A stretch of DNA of 64,000 bases from Lama glama (taxonomy: Eukaryota). Within the stretch, counting starts at the first letter, position 1. Each line of letters begins with the position of its first letter. The notes beneath the pieces are model-generated. The model was given only the letters and a program-made list of their open reading frames with translations. It was not told the origin of the DNA and made no database searches. The position numbers and the translations under genes were made by a program. The stretch lies in the NCBI GenBank assembly GCA_028534125.1, contig CM052816.1, forward strand, positions 92,382,001 through 92,446,000, given 5' to 3'. Shown in pieces: positions 39,410-53,130 of the stretch.

Positions 39410-39625
39410 AGAGTGATGGTTAGGATCGTAAGCCCAAAGGTCAACATGTTCTGGATTCTTCTCCCAGCTCTGTGTCAGCCTGGACAAGTGGTTTAGCCTC
39501 TCCGTGTACCAGTCTTTCTCACAAGTATGCTAGGAGATGATAGTATGTCCCCCACAGGGTTGTCGGGAGAATTAAAGATCTTAGAACAGTGTCTGTCACA
39601 GTGCAAGCACTCAGTAAACATTAGC
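39410..39625 (+). mobile_element. MIR
   Basis: gtgatggttagga...cccagctctgtg...tggacaagtggtttagcctctccgtgtaccagt...ttagaacagtgtctgtcacagtgcaagcactcagtaaacattagc. Confidence 0.8.
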
Positions 39626-42249
39626 CACCAAGATAGCTCTGTTGTCATTAGTACCATGGTCATTGGGTTTCATAAGCTCCAAATGCAAATAGGCATTCTC
39701 TTTTTCTTCCCTGAGAAAAAATGTGTTTATAAGTGTCAGTAGAAGTTCATAGATGACATTCTGGAATGTTGCAGCATTTTTTTTTTTCTCCAAGCTGAGA
39801 GTTTTTATGCTGGAGGGAGCAGGTTGGGTCAGCATGCTCAGCTGAGGACAGTCCAGTCCAGCTCCTCCAGCCCCCCAGTGCATGCCCAGCCCCAGCAAGT
39901 TACCCAGTTACTCAGCCGCCCTCCCTCCTGAGTCTGGCTGTCCTTCTGCTCTGCCCCAGACAGGGCCGATCTGGCTCAATACAAGTCTGAGTCAGAAAAG
40001 GAATGGAGCTTCTGAGCTGCTTGCTCAGAGATCTACAGCCGAATTATAGGTGCTAATCAGGAAAAAAAGCTATTACTAATTACAGAGAGAGTATGTAGGG
40101 TATGTAAGTGTGTGGGCAGAGAGAAAGCATAAAAAATTAAACTCCCCAGATCCCAGAGTTAATCTATTCCAGACTTGTTTATGGAGTTGTTGTGCTGGTT
40201 GTTTTTTTGTTTTGTTCTTTTTTTTAACATAAAAGCATTTTAAAGTCGGTTCTAAAGTGGAATGGATGTAATCTTGAGATACTAACCAAGAAATATTGTC
40301 ATTTGGGGACCATATAACTTTATAAGTATTTTAAAAATGAGTAGGAAATGCAGAAATGTTCGTAATAGTAAAGATGTGAGATCAAGGTGAGGAATAAGTA
40401 AGGATTCTTAAATTTATGGGAAACTTTGGTTTTTTAAAGTATGCTAGAATTTTCATAGTACTATTTCTTCTTTGTCAAGCCTCCCACCATCTTGAATGAA
40501 AGTTAAATTTAGGCAAATAAGCTTTGTGTTTGAATAAAAGATCAACAGGATATGAGGAGGGTCCTATGACACTAAAATATACCCTTGAGTCAACTAACAG
40601 ATTTCTAGACTGAAAAGCTCAAAAGTAAAATGCTTTTTGTTTCCCCTGAAGTGTTGAAGAAACCAGCAGGGGAAAACTGAGTTAGCCAGACTTTGTATCT
40701 GTTTAGTAGTTTGTCTCTGTGCTTTATAGAAACTCTTCTCCAGGTGTGAGGAGTGATGGAGAAAACCCATGTTATATTTAAGACTTGCCCTGTGTTGGCT
40801 CCAAGCTTTCAGGAAGCACTAAATATGGACAGCACTGAACAGAGCAATGACTCTGGACCAGAGAGCCCAGGCTTCATTTTACTGCCACTCCCTTTAAACC
40901 ACAACCTCATGTGTGGGTGTCAAGTTCTTGGCCAGAGCTCCAGCTAGACAGAGCAAGGGTGTCTCCTTTAGAGGGATATAGATCCTTGAGAAAATAAAAC
41001 ATGGCTGGAAAACTACCGGGAAGACCAACGATCTAATTTAACCCAAACCACTTTTTCAAATACAGGCGAACAGAACAATCAGAGTGGAAAATTACAGGAA
41101 CCCAGACTTAGAGGAAATCCAAAGATGCTGATTATCCAGGTCATTAGAAGCTGTTCCCACAGGTAGCTTTGCCTACGCGTGGACTTCTGAATCTTCCACG
41201 TGTCCCAAAACACAAATTTTTGAAGACCTGGGGTTTGGGAAAGAGTTTTAAGCTATATTTCTTTTGCAGCAATAATATAGTGAGTTTGCTTCATATCATA
41301 AAAGGTGTCAAGGGATCACTGAAGCTATAGACAGAAGAATAGTCTTTTATCAAAGAGATTAAATGACAATCTAGCAAGACGGAATTATTACCGAGCCCTG
41401 TGTCCCATTGGTTATTCTAATCCAGGATGAAGCAAGTAAAGAAACTATTCCTCTTACCGAAGGTAAAATAATGGGACCTTCAGCATTTCATGTAATAATC
41501 TGCTATTTTAGGGAACCAGTTTCGAACTCAACACCTTTTTTGTGGAAGAATTTGAAAAGCCATTTCTAGATGAGCAACGTGATTATTTTTTTACCATGTG
41601 GCCATGAATGTCAGTTGCAAGCTCGGGGTCCAGCTGCTCTTGGCACTTCCTGAGCTGCACGGCCACCTCTTTTGAAGACTTGTTGCCCTTACAAGAACCC
41701 ATCTTTCTGAATTTGGAGATTACCGCCCTGGTTACCTGTCACTTAGCACTCGGCAAGATTCTCTTAGCTTCGCCAAGAAGGTTCTTTATTGTTTAACTCT
41801 AAACTTCTGATTTTCTTCTCACAGCAGCTGACCTCTGTTACAGAATTTGACTTCACAGGGGAACAGCTTGCTCTGTATCCCAGTTGACATTTGAAGGACA
41901 CAGGAGAAAAGGAGTCGGAAAAAATCTTTGCTTCAGCTTTACACTTAAGAGGCTAATCCTATGGCCCCATGTTGCATCCTATTTATGTCCGTGTGTCTAC
42001 AGTTAAGCAGTCACCTTTATCTAGTACCTACTGGCAGCCCCAGGTGACACAGTAGAAACAGCAGCGGAAGTCCTTGCCTATCTCATGAGAAAATACCACA
42101 ATTACGTGAACGTGTACGAGCTACTGCCACCTCTTTGCATATTTTAAATACATAGATTCTACCAAAACATAGGTTTCTTTATCAGAAAACTAAACGTGCA
42201 GTTGGAGGATTTTATGAACGAACAGATACATAGCTGGATATTGTAGTTA

Positions 42250-44900
42250 ACGCATTCGTTTGTTCACATATTTGAGTTTCAACTGTGTGTCAGGCATTAT
42301 GCTGAGTAGAGGTGGGAAAGCTGGTGATAAACCAGCCCCGTCCCTGCCCCAGGCAGCCTGGTGAGACGGGCACTCAGGTACCCGGGCAGCCCCAGCACCG
42401 CCTGGTAAGTGCGTCATGGGGCCGGGGTGGGGGGTGTTGCAGGGCACGGGGGAGACCCAGGCTTAAGGCACGCGTCCCAGAAATGTGATTCCCAAGCTGA
42501 CTATGAGTTCACCGGTGAGTGGGTTGGGGACAGGGGTGAAGGTGATTCTGTGCAGAGGGAGGAGCTTGGGCCAAGGCCTTTAGCTGAAAGAGAGCACGGC
42601 GTATCCAGAAAACTGCAAATAGTTGATGCCTCATGAAACACCGTGCAAGGGGAAGTGTAGAGATCTGAGAGCGGACGGATGAGCAAGGTCAGATCGCAAG
42701 TGGCCTTTGTGTTTGTTCACTGGTTGCACGAGTAGTTATCGGATGCCATCTACCCACGTGCCAGACACTGTTACAGGGCCACAGAGCCACATTCCTGGAG
42801 CCGCGGTCTACAAGCAGGGTGCAGCCCTGAAGCAGCTTGGAGACCCTTTTTTTTAAAGCTTAATTTTTTTATTGTAGTATAGTTGATGTACAATATTATG
42901 TAAGTTATAGGTGTCCAGTATATCGATTCACAATTTTTAAAGGTTGTACTCCATTTATAATTCTTATAAAACATTGGCTATGTTCCCTGTGTTGCACAAT
43001 ACATCCTTGTAGCTTATTTTATACATGATCGTTTGTACCTCTTAATCCCCTCCCCCACCTCGCCCCCTCCCCTTTCCCTCTCCCCCCTGGTCACCACTAA
43101 GTGTTTGTTCTCTATATCTGTGAGTCTGTTTCTTTTTTGTTATATTTACCAGTCTGTTTTATTTTTTAGGCTACATATGTAAGCGATAACATACAGTATT
43201 TGTCTTTCTCTGACTTATTTCACTTAGCATAATACCCTTGGATGCTCTTGTAGGAACTGAAGATTTTTGTGATCTGATTCGAGCGTGGAGGCAAGGAGGG
43301 CTTGGGGACAAGAAACCCGCTAGGGACCTGACCCACAGCATGGCAACAGGGCTGGTGAAAACTGGACAGATTCAAGAGTAACTAGGGAAGGCATACGGAT
43401 GGGACCAAGAAATCCTGTGGGTGTGAGGGTGAAAAGGCATCCAGGGAGGTCTTCGGGCTTCTGGGTGGGGACCCTGGATGCATTCATTCGAAGGGAACCC
43501 AAGGGGAGGGCCAGGTCTGTAGGAACCCAAGTAGCCTAGTAGGTGGTGAGCTCAGTTTTGGAAACATGGAGTGTGAAGTGCCGGGGAGGTGTTCGGATGG
43601 AGATGTGTGGGTCTGGTGCTTGAGAAGCCTGAGAAATCTGGAGAGATGGACCTGAGACCCCCCCACCCACCCCGGCAGAGTAATGGAAGTTGTGGGCGGG
43701 GGCAGGACTTCTGAGCTGGAGTGGAGACTGAGAAGAGGTGCGGGCCCCTGGGAGAACCCTGGGAGTACCAACATTTAAGAGACAGAGAGAGAGAGAGAGA
43801 GCACCAAGGAGAAAGAGCTGGAGCAGAAGCAATAGGAGGAAACCCTAGAAACTTTAATGTCCTTGAAGCCAAGGAGGAAAAAGTGCTTCAGAGAAGGAGT
43901 GGCCAACAGGGTCAGATCTGCTGAGGGGTCAGAAGGATGAAGACAGAAAGTGCCAGTCTGGTTTAGCAGGAAGAGCACGTGTCGCAGGCAGGGAGTCAGA
44001 ACCCAGAACCCAGCGGGAGGTTTCAACAAAGCATTACGTGTTGACTACCTGTTATGTGACCAGACCATGTCAGATGTGGTTCTGGGGATGCAGACAGGGT
44101 GCCTGCATTTTTGGAGCTGCTGTTCTAACAGACTGAGGAGTAAATGCGAAAAACAAAAGTGGAAATAAGGAGCACACATAACGCTTGATAGACGTCTATG
44201 GAAAGGAAGTGGGAAAGAGGGCGGTAACTAGAGAAGTCAAGAGAAGGGTGATTTTTCAGATGGAAGAGGCTTAACAGACATATTTACCTGCTTAATGGGG
44301 AAGGGCCAGTCAAGCAGCCAGGATCAGACCAGCAGGAGAGGTAGATGGCTGCTCCTGACAAGGTCAGAGAAGCGCAAATGCAGAGACCCAGGTTGATGGC
44401 CCCACACCCGCCCAGGTCAGACTGGCCTTTCCATTGTAATAGGTGAGAGCAGGTGAAGAAGGGTTTGGGGCAGATGTGTTTTGCTGAGGATTGTTTTAGG
44501 GTGAGAAGCAACGAGAAGTTTAGTTTCTACCTGATGGATTCCGTATTCCGGATGAAGTAAGGGGTGAGGTTATCTGCTGAGGAGGAGGCAATGAGGCAGC
44601 CCAGGAATACAGAGAGGAGGGAATGGGAAAGACGGAAGGAAAACTGAGCAGCTAACAGCCTGGTCGAGGAAGGAGATGATGAGTGGATAGTGGCAGCAGC
44701 CTGTGTTGTTGGATACTTGATTCCAGCCGTTCTTGAAGCCCAAGTAGAAGTCTGTAAATATCGATAAGAGTGGAACAGGTAAATAATTAGATGAATCCGG
44801 GACCAAAGATTTGGTGAGCTGTGGGCATTGACAAGATTGTGGTTAAAGTGATGAGCATCGCTTTAAGGAGGACAGACTGCAGGAGCCAAGAGAGAAGAGT
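42250..44900 (-). mobile_element. Long degraded L2, interrupted by an L1 and other fragments
   Basis: 3' end cattcgtttgttcacatatttgag...tgtgtcaggcattatgct; body gagctcagttttggaaacatggagtgtgaagtgcc...atggagatg; boundaries approximate. Confidence 0.65.
42849..43236 (-). mobile_element. L1 3' end (L1MA9/artiodactyl-like)
   Basis: tttattgtagtatagttgatgtacaatattatgtaagtt...tctgacttatttcacttagcataataccc; degenerate TSD cttggagaccctt / cttggatgctctt. Confidence 0.9.
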
Positions 44901-46049
44901 GGCAGGGGTGGGGGGGAACCGAGAGAAAGAGAAATTTAATGAAGTTTGGAGTTGGGGGGGTGCGGGGAGAGAAACTCACAGAGCTCCCAGCCCGGAGATC
45001 AGCTGTACTGCCGGTGAGCCAGGGCTGCTCTCAGGGACAAGGCGTCACCTCCTGGACCCCTTCCCGGGGGTGCGACATTCTGCCCAGCTAGTGAGGAACG
45101 CTTGCTGTTAACATTGGCACGAAATGATGGGCAGGACTGGGGTGAGGCGGTGACTCCTGGTGTGGAGACTCTCAGTCTGCAGTATAGAAATGTTTCTGGC
45201 CTCCCGAGCCCACCTTTAAAATGTCAGCGTGTCTTCTAGGGTTTAATGATCTAAGACAGTTCATCCCGGGAGATCACATGTGGGATTTGTTAGCCATTTC
45301 CCTGGAGGTTGTGTGTGGTTTTTGGTTTTTTTTTTTTGGTCTGTTTTGAGTTTTTTGTTTTGCTTTGTTTTTTCACGTTTTAATATCCTGTCGTTCTGCT
45401 GACTTTCTGGAGGAAAAAGTTAGGCAATAGAACACCATGAACCTGGCAGACGCTGGGAGATACTAAGGCAGGTAAGACCCAAGAAAAGCCTTCTGGAGCC
45501 AGATAAGTTTTTAAGTCAGACATTCTGCATTGCCGAGTGCCCGCAGCACGGAGAACCCTGATTGAAGGGTGAGGAGGCAGGGGGCCAGGCCATCTGGGAT
45601 CAGAACCAGGCTGAGGTCGAACGGCAGCTTCCTATTTACAGTGATTGGAGTCCTGTTAGCTGTGGCCCTGATCTAACGTGTCTTTACTTTGGAAAGCCCG
45701 TGAACATTTAGAAACCTGCCTCTAAACAGCCAGTGAGCCTCTGTACTTAGGACTGTCTTGGGAGACAGAACTGTGACTCCAGGCCTAAGGCACTTCGAAG
45801 CCACCTTAAACACGTCTGTAACTGAATTTCAAAGCCATAGCTTTTCATCTTTCAGCAGCTGTTCTTCCTGGTCTTGGCTAGAGATGCAGCAGTGTTTGCG
45901 AGTGGCGTGGCCAGGACAGCACTAGCTGACTGATTGATGCTGACCTATAGCATTGTGACCTCCCCAGTATGACATGGAAGGCTTGCTACATCCTACTGTG
46001 TTTAAATTTATCTCTGGAGTGCTGCAGGGCTGAATCTCAGACTCCTTTC

Positions 46050-46900
46050 TGTCTTTGTCCTGTCTAGATGGTCTCATTTAGTCTCCTGCCTTTAGATACT
46101 ACCTATACGCTGATCACCTCCAGGTATCCACAGCCCGGACGTCCCCCATGGACTCCAGGTTCACGCAGCCAACTATCTTACCTGATGACTTCTGTGCTTG
46201 GAATCCTAACGGGCGTCTCACACCCAACAGGGGACTCCCCAGTGGAGGTCTTGCTTTGTCCTCCCAACCCTTACCTCCCCCAGTCTCCTCAGCTCAGTAA
46301 GTAACTACACCATTTAATTAGCGACTTACCAAAAAACTCAACCGTCGGCTTCGATTTCTCCCTTTTCCGCGCGCCCACCATGTAGTCCATCACCAGAGCC
46401 ATTTATTTTACCACCAAAAAGCTCTCAAGTCAATCACTTCTCTCCGTCTCCACCCCCCGGCCCGCACCCAAGTCTAGGCCATCGCCTTCTCTTACCTAGA
46501 TAACCACAGATCTCCTGACTTCCTGCTCTGCCGGTCCCTCTTCAGACCACGTCCATCCTTGCAGATAGCAGGAGCCTCTGTCCCACCTCTGCTTGGACCC
46601 TTTGACGGCTTCCCACTGCTCGTAGAACAAAGACCGTGTTTGTGTTCTCCATTGTGACCAGGAATGACCTCATCATTGCCTACCCTTCCAAATTCACCTT
46701 ACACCCCTCTCTCCTCTCACTGGCTGCTCTTCTGATCCTTAAAAACACCAAGCCTTCCTCCAGCTCTAATTCAGCTGGTTCCTTCTTGTTCTTTGACCCT
46801 CGGCTCAAATGTCATCTCTTTGAAGGGGTTTCCTTGTCTGGGTCATCTGAATAAGCTCCTCCAAGGAGTCCCCAGCTCATTAATTTCATCTCTTCAGCAC
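46050..46900 (+). mobile_element. L2 fragment
   Basis: ctcatttagtctcctgcctttagatactacctatacgctgatcacctcc...ggctcaaatgtcatctcttt. Confidence 0.7.
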
Positions 46901-47199
46901 CCATCACAGGAAGAGTTTATGTTGTTTGTGTACCTTTGACTTCATCCTTTCAAGTAGTCATCATTCTCCTTTCACATGACCCTTTATCATGTTGTAGGTC
47001 TGGGGATGTGGCCTGAGCCAGACACAGTTCTCTGTGCCCTGGAGCTTACATTCAAGTGGAGAAGATAGACAGGAAGACAAATAGCAAGTAAGCAGCAATA
47101 TAATGTCTAGTAATGAACGTGCTATGAAGAAAAACAGGGTAAGCCAATTGAGACAGCCAGATAAAGCAAACAGTAGGTGCGTGAAGGGCATAGGAGAAT

Positions 47200-47555
47200 T
47201 AATGACTGATAAGAAAACGTCACCAATAAATGGGCAGTGGGTATTTTATTCCATGTGGTGTTGAAGAAATACATTATTTTGAGAAAATTAATTTTAGGCC
47301 ATACTTCACAGCATAAGTTGCAGGAGGATTAAAAAGCTAAAGGTGCAAATGGAACTACAAACTGGACAAAATTACTTTATCTAAAGATGGGTACGAATGA
47401 TGAAGTCCAAAATTATGGAAGGAAACTCCATGAAATGATTGATCGACTACATAATAATTTAGTATTTCTGGTATCAAAAGAAAATTATAAAATTAGGATA
47501 TGAACAAATTGGGGGAAATACTATAAAAGGGAATAATAAAAAGGCTAAATAATAT
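47200..47555 (+). mobile_element. Old L1M ORF2-region fragment
   Basis: A-rich ccatacttcacagcata...attaaaaagctaaaggtg...gattgatcgactacataataattt...aaattgggggaaata. Confidence 0.55.
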
Positions 47556-47564
47556 TAATATAAT

Positions 47565-47725
47565 ACATGTCTTCAATTCTAAAGCTCTTTTTCCCTTGCA
47601 CTTTAATGTTTCTTGAAATCAGGATATGTTTCCCCATCACTGCATATATTTAATGTAGTAAAAAAAAAAAGTTAAGTCAATGGTATATCTTATAAGTAAT
47701 AATATCTTCATCTTACAATCAAAAT
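47565..47725. mobile_element. MER104/Kanga-like TcMar-Tc2 fragment
   Basis: caattctaaagctc...ttaatgtttcttgaaatcaggatatg...caatggtatatcttata. Confidence 0.4.
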
Positions 47726-48267
47726 GTGATTTTTTTTTCAAGTGCATACTAATCAGTACCAACATCGAAATTCCTGGTGGAAAAATATCTAATTCAGTCA
47801 TTCAGTCAAAAACATTTGAGTGTTTATGATGTAGCAAGGTGGTAGGTGTAAAGTGGTAAACCATGTAGACAAAAATCCTTGCCTTCAAGTGCCTTCTCCG
47901 GGCCGATGTTGCTCGGGGCCCTGTACATTACTTACATACAGTCTAAGAGCCATTATTTCAGTGAGAATAAGTACTTTGGCCAAGGCCTCTCCATTGTTAA
48001 GAAGAAGCAGATCCAGTAAAATCTGCGTGGCTCTAAACCCTGTGCTCTTTCCTCAAATTACCATAATTGTTGAGCTGAGTGGAGTTTCCGTGCTCAGTCT
48101 TGCTGACAGAGCTATCATTCCCAGTGCCCTTCTTTCTTCGCTTCTGCCTCCGCACTGGATTTAGGACTCCCTCAAGGAGCAGCTGGTGGAAATAGAAACA
48201 TTGCAGTGGATGCCCCAGTCAGGGCTGATATGTTTTTAGCAAAGAATAAAGTTTTACCAATAAGACA

Positions 48268-48767
48268 NNNNNNNNNNNNNNNNNNNNNNNNNNNNNNNNN
48301 NNNNNNNNNNNNNNNNNNNNNNNNNNNNNNNNNNNNNNNNNNNNNNNNNNNNNNNNNNNNNNNNNNNNNNNNNNNNNNNNNNNNNNNNNNNNNNNNNNNN
48401 NNNNNNNNNNNNNNNNNNNNNNNNNNNNNNNNNNNNNNNNNNNNNNNNNNNNNNNNNNNNNNNNNNNNNNNNNNNNNNNNNNNNNNNNNNNNNNNNNNNN
48501 NNNNNNNNNNNNNNNNNNNNNNNNNNNNNNNNNNNNNNNNNNNNNNNNNNNNNNNNNNNNNNNNNNNNNNNNNNNNNNNNNNNNNNNNNNNNNNNNNNNN
48601 NNNNNNNNNNNNNNNNNNNNNNNNNNNNNNNNNNNNNNNNNNNNNNNNNNNNNNNNNNNNNNNNNNNNNNNNNNNNNNNNNNNNNNNNNNNNNNNNNNNN
48701 NNNNNNNNNNNNNNNNNNNNNNNNNNNNNNNNNNNNNNNNNNNNNNNNNNNNNNNNNNNNNNNNNNN
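48268..48767. other. Assembly gap (500 N)
   Basis: Run of N; right edge lies inside an L1. Confidence 1.
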
Positions 48768-49191
48768 TTCTGACTTATTTCACTTAGAATGACATTCTCC
48801 AGGGACATCCATGTTGCTGCAAATGGTGTTATGTTGTCATTTCTTATGGCTGAGTAGTATTCCATTGTATAAATATACCACTTCTTTTTCATCCAGTCAT
48901 CTGTTGATGGACATTTAGGCTGTTTCCATGTATTGGCTATTGTAAATAGTGCTGCTATGAACACTGGGGTGCAGGTGTCATTTTGAAGTAGGGTTCCTTC
49001 TGGATACAAGCCCAGGAGCAGGATTCCTGGGTCATATGGTAAGTCTATTCCCAGTCTTTTGAGGAATCTCCCCTACTGTGGCTGCACCAAACTGCATTCC
49101 CACCAGCAGTGTAGGAGCATTCCCTTTTCTCCACAGCCTCTCCAGCATTTGTCATTTGTGGACTTTTGAATGATGGCCATTCTGAGTGGTG
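48768..49191 (-). mobile_element. Young L1 fragment (ORF2 C-terminus); 3' end lost in the gap
   Basis: Minus ORF ...TCTPVFIAALFTIANTWKQPKCPSTDDWMKKKWYIYTMEYYSAIRN...; same family as the 30.5-kb and 36.8-kb copies. Confidence 0.95.
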
Positions 49192-50776
49192 TCGAGTCTT
49201 GATAAAAATAGAGATAGAATTTAAGTTCTTGTGTTAAAACTTCACCTTTACTTACTTTATGCATGGGCCTGCGATATCTCTCCAAGGCCTGGGCAACGTT
49301 TGTACCTCCCATCCCCAAATCTTCCAAGTAAATATTGCTCGGGTGCAGATTAAAATGATGAGTGTCTCATATGTGTCCCAGCCCTCATGCAGGTAATCAG
49401 CCTCTTTGCAGCTGGGTGACTTGGTGCATTGCCTGATACAACCATATTTGTTGGAGTGATTTAAATATGTCCTGTCCGCCATACAAACACACGTATTTTG
49501 GAAAGGATACATTAGAAACACAGGGGTGTGATGACCTGCCTCTGTGAAAAACCTAGTAAACAGAACATAGCAGGTCAATCAGTAGTTCTTGTGAGGTTTT
49601 TCAGCATGGGAATTAAGGAATTTGAGTTAGAATAAGAGTTGCCAGATTTGCGTCTTGAGAATACACATATGATCCTGTTACTAAAATGAGAGGAGGACTT
49701 TTTCCTTAATTCTCATGGGGAGAATTATAGGTAATGAGACTTGTCCAGATTGATATTAATATTTTGTGGCATTTTGCAACAAGTATAAGATCTATGGGAT
49801 GGACAAGTTTGAGAACAGCTGATTCTGGAAAGGGCCCGTCCCCCTGGTGGGCTGAGGTCAGAGGAGCTTGGAGATGTGAATGGCCCTTCCTGTTTCTGGT
49901 TTGGGCGGCTCAGAGCTGCGTACCTGTAAACAGGCCGAGTCAGCGTCCTCCCGCTGCAGCCACACCACGAAATCCGTCTACATCTGTTCAAAAACCTTGC
50001 TTAATTTCCGTTTTTAATGTTCTACTTGTCATAAGGAATATAAGCTATTTCTGAACAGTCTTGGAAGGCAGTTTATAGGAGCTGAAATTTACTAAATGTC
50101 ATTACGGCAGCTCGCCTGGGAACTACGGACTCTATGCAAAAGCACATTTAACAAATGACCCCCGGCCAACAGCTCCACTCGGAAGCAGCTCGGGGACACA
50201 GGACTGGGTGGCAGGCATCGGGGAAATGGATGAAAAACAGCTTCTGGGATTTTACACTCCCAGCTCACCAGGTGGAAACAACCTCATAGTTATAATCAGA
50301 CTCTTCTACCAGAGGGGAGGCTAGAGAGAAGGAGGGAAAAACAAGAAGAAACAACCTCTTTCCTTGGCCTCCAGAGTTTTCCTCTAGTAACTAAAAGAGG
50401 ACAAGAAGTAAAAAGAAGCAAAAGCATCCTGGGGCCCATTGGTCCCAAAGTACCCGGGAGCGAAGCAGGGGCGGGGGCGGGGACGACACATCCTGGGGGA
50501 GTCAGAGGCTTGGCCGAGCTCATCCCCCAGCAGTCAGTCCTTCAGACCCTTTAACCTTTATAGATGGTTGCTCTTCGTTATTCTGCATAGAAGCGCTCTT
50601 TTTGATGTTGGTATATTGAGGTATATTTACAGAAGTAGAGGCGCTTCCTCACAGCGATCTCGGTACGCTCAGGCCGCCCAAGCAGACTGCCCGCCCTGCT
50701 CAAATTCACGTGTCCCTTCTCAGCTGCTCAAATTCACGTGTCCCTTCTTTCCCTGCCCCTGCCCCAGAGTCTCTCC

Positions 50777-51248
50777 TGTCAGGGGACAAGGCGGGCCGGC
50801 GTCACAAGCAGTGAAAGAGTTTACCAAAGGCAAAGGATGAGAATAGAAAAGGAGTTTATTAGGTCATGCTGGCATGCACCACAGTGGGCCACGGGCGAGA
50901 GGTGCCTGTGTGAGCGCCGAGGGCCGGTTGTGGGGGGCCTTTATATGGTGGGGTCACGAGGTGCCTGATCAGCTTGAGCACAAGTCTCTGACTGGTTGTA
51001 GGTGAGGTAAGAGGTTTCGGGCCGTGAAGGGCGGTGGGGTTTACGACTCTGATAAGGCGGGCTGAGACACGCCAGCCTGAACCTTCGTGAGATTAGGCGC
51101 AACCTGGGGCTAGTAGTTTGTTAGGGCCACACGCCCAGGAGAGGACGTGCTTTATCTGTTGAGGGATCGCAGGCAGACGTCTGAGAGCCCAGGAGCGGGG
51201 CTTGTGGACTTGGCTGGACGCCAGTCGGCCCCACACCTCCTTTTCTCA
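50777..51248 (-). mobile_element. Possible ERV-like LTR
   Basis: TG...CA ends, minus-strand AATAAA (tttatt ~50855) and TATA-like tttata ~50940; no TSD seen. Confidence 0.45.
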
Positions 51249-51264
51249 GAAGCCGCCTGAAGGA

Positions 51265-51690
51265 GTTTGCTGGGGCTGTCTTAACACAGCACTAAGGCCA
51301 GGGGAGCTCAAATCCCAGAAATGTGTTGTCTCACAGTGCGGAGGCCGGAAGATGGAGGGGGTGGCCGGGTCGGCTCCTTCTGAGGCCGAGGGGGGGACCT
51401 GCCCCAGGCCTGTCTCCAGCTCCTGGTGGTCCCTTGGCTTGGGAGGCATCTCCACAACCCCTGCCTTCATGTGCTCGTGGGCTTCCCTGTGAGCACGTCT
51501 GTCTCCGGGTCTAAGTCTCCCCTTTTAGAAGGACATCGCGTTGGGTTGGGAAACCGCTCTACCCCAGTGTGACCCCTTCTTAACTACCTGTACCTTCAAT
51601 GACCCCGCTGCCGAGGAGGGTCACGTTCTGAGGTACAGGGGGCGAGGACTCAACAAATGACTTGTGAGGTCAACCTAAACGTACAACAAT
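51265..51690 (-). mobile_element. MLT1A/B/C-like MaLR LTR
   Basis: agtttgctggggctgtc...cagaaatgtgttgtctcacagtgcggaggcc...tccccttttagaaggaca...ggtcacgttctgaggtac. Confidence 0.8.
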
Positions 51691-52043
51691 AGGGGACGAC
51701 TAAGCCCTACTAAGGAAACCTACAAAGAGGAACTCAGGGTGTCCACTCAAATGTAGAAGCATATTCTGGAAAGGTGTTCATGGTTTACAAAAGACTGCAA
51801 ATGCAGCCCGACCCCATTTTTATGTTAAAACACCCATGGATACCCCACCACATGCACCCATAAAACAACTGGGCAACTAGAACCCGGAGTGTTAACCCCT
51901 TCTCGGTAGAGAAATGAATGAGGTTGTAGAGGATTTTCTTCTTTTTGCTCGTTTAAATTTTCTAATTTTTCTACCAAACAACACCCAAATATTATATTTA
52001 AAATTGTTTTTAGTCTTTTGGGATAAAAGGCTTATAAGGCTGA

Positions 52044-53130
<1,087 letters not shown>

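Noticed and set aside
48206..49009. Long ORFs of 193 and 251 aa
   Set aside because: Length comes from reading through the N gap; the real portion is a truncated L1 ORF2 remnant.
49838..49853. CTCF-like motif on the minus strand (CCACCAGGGGGAC)
   Set aside because: Lacks the highly conserved C after the G run; no other support.
50696..50748. Short direct repeats with spacers as CRISPR-like arrays
   Set aside because: Only two copies each, mammalian context, no cas genes.
1002..52000. Many 60-166 aa ORFs in the six-frame track
   Set aside because: No recognisable domains, many non-ATG starts, frequent overlap with repeats; consistent with chance ORFs in intronic DNA.
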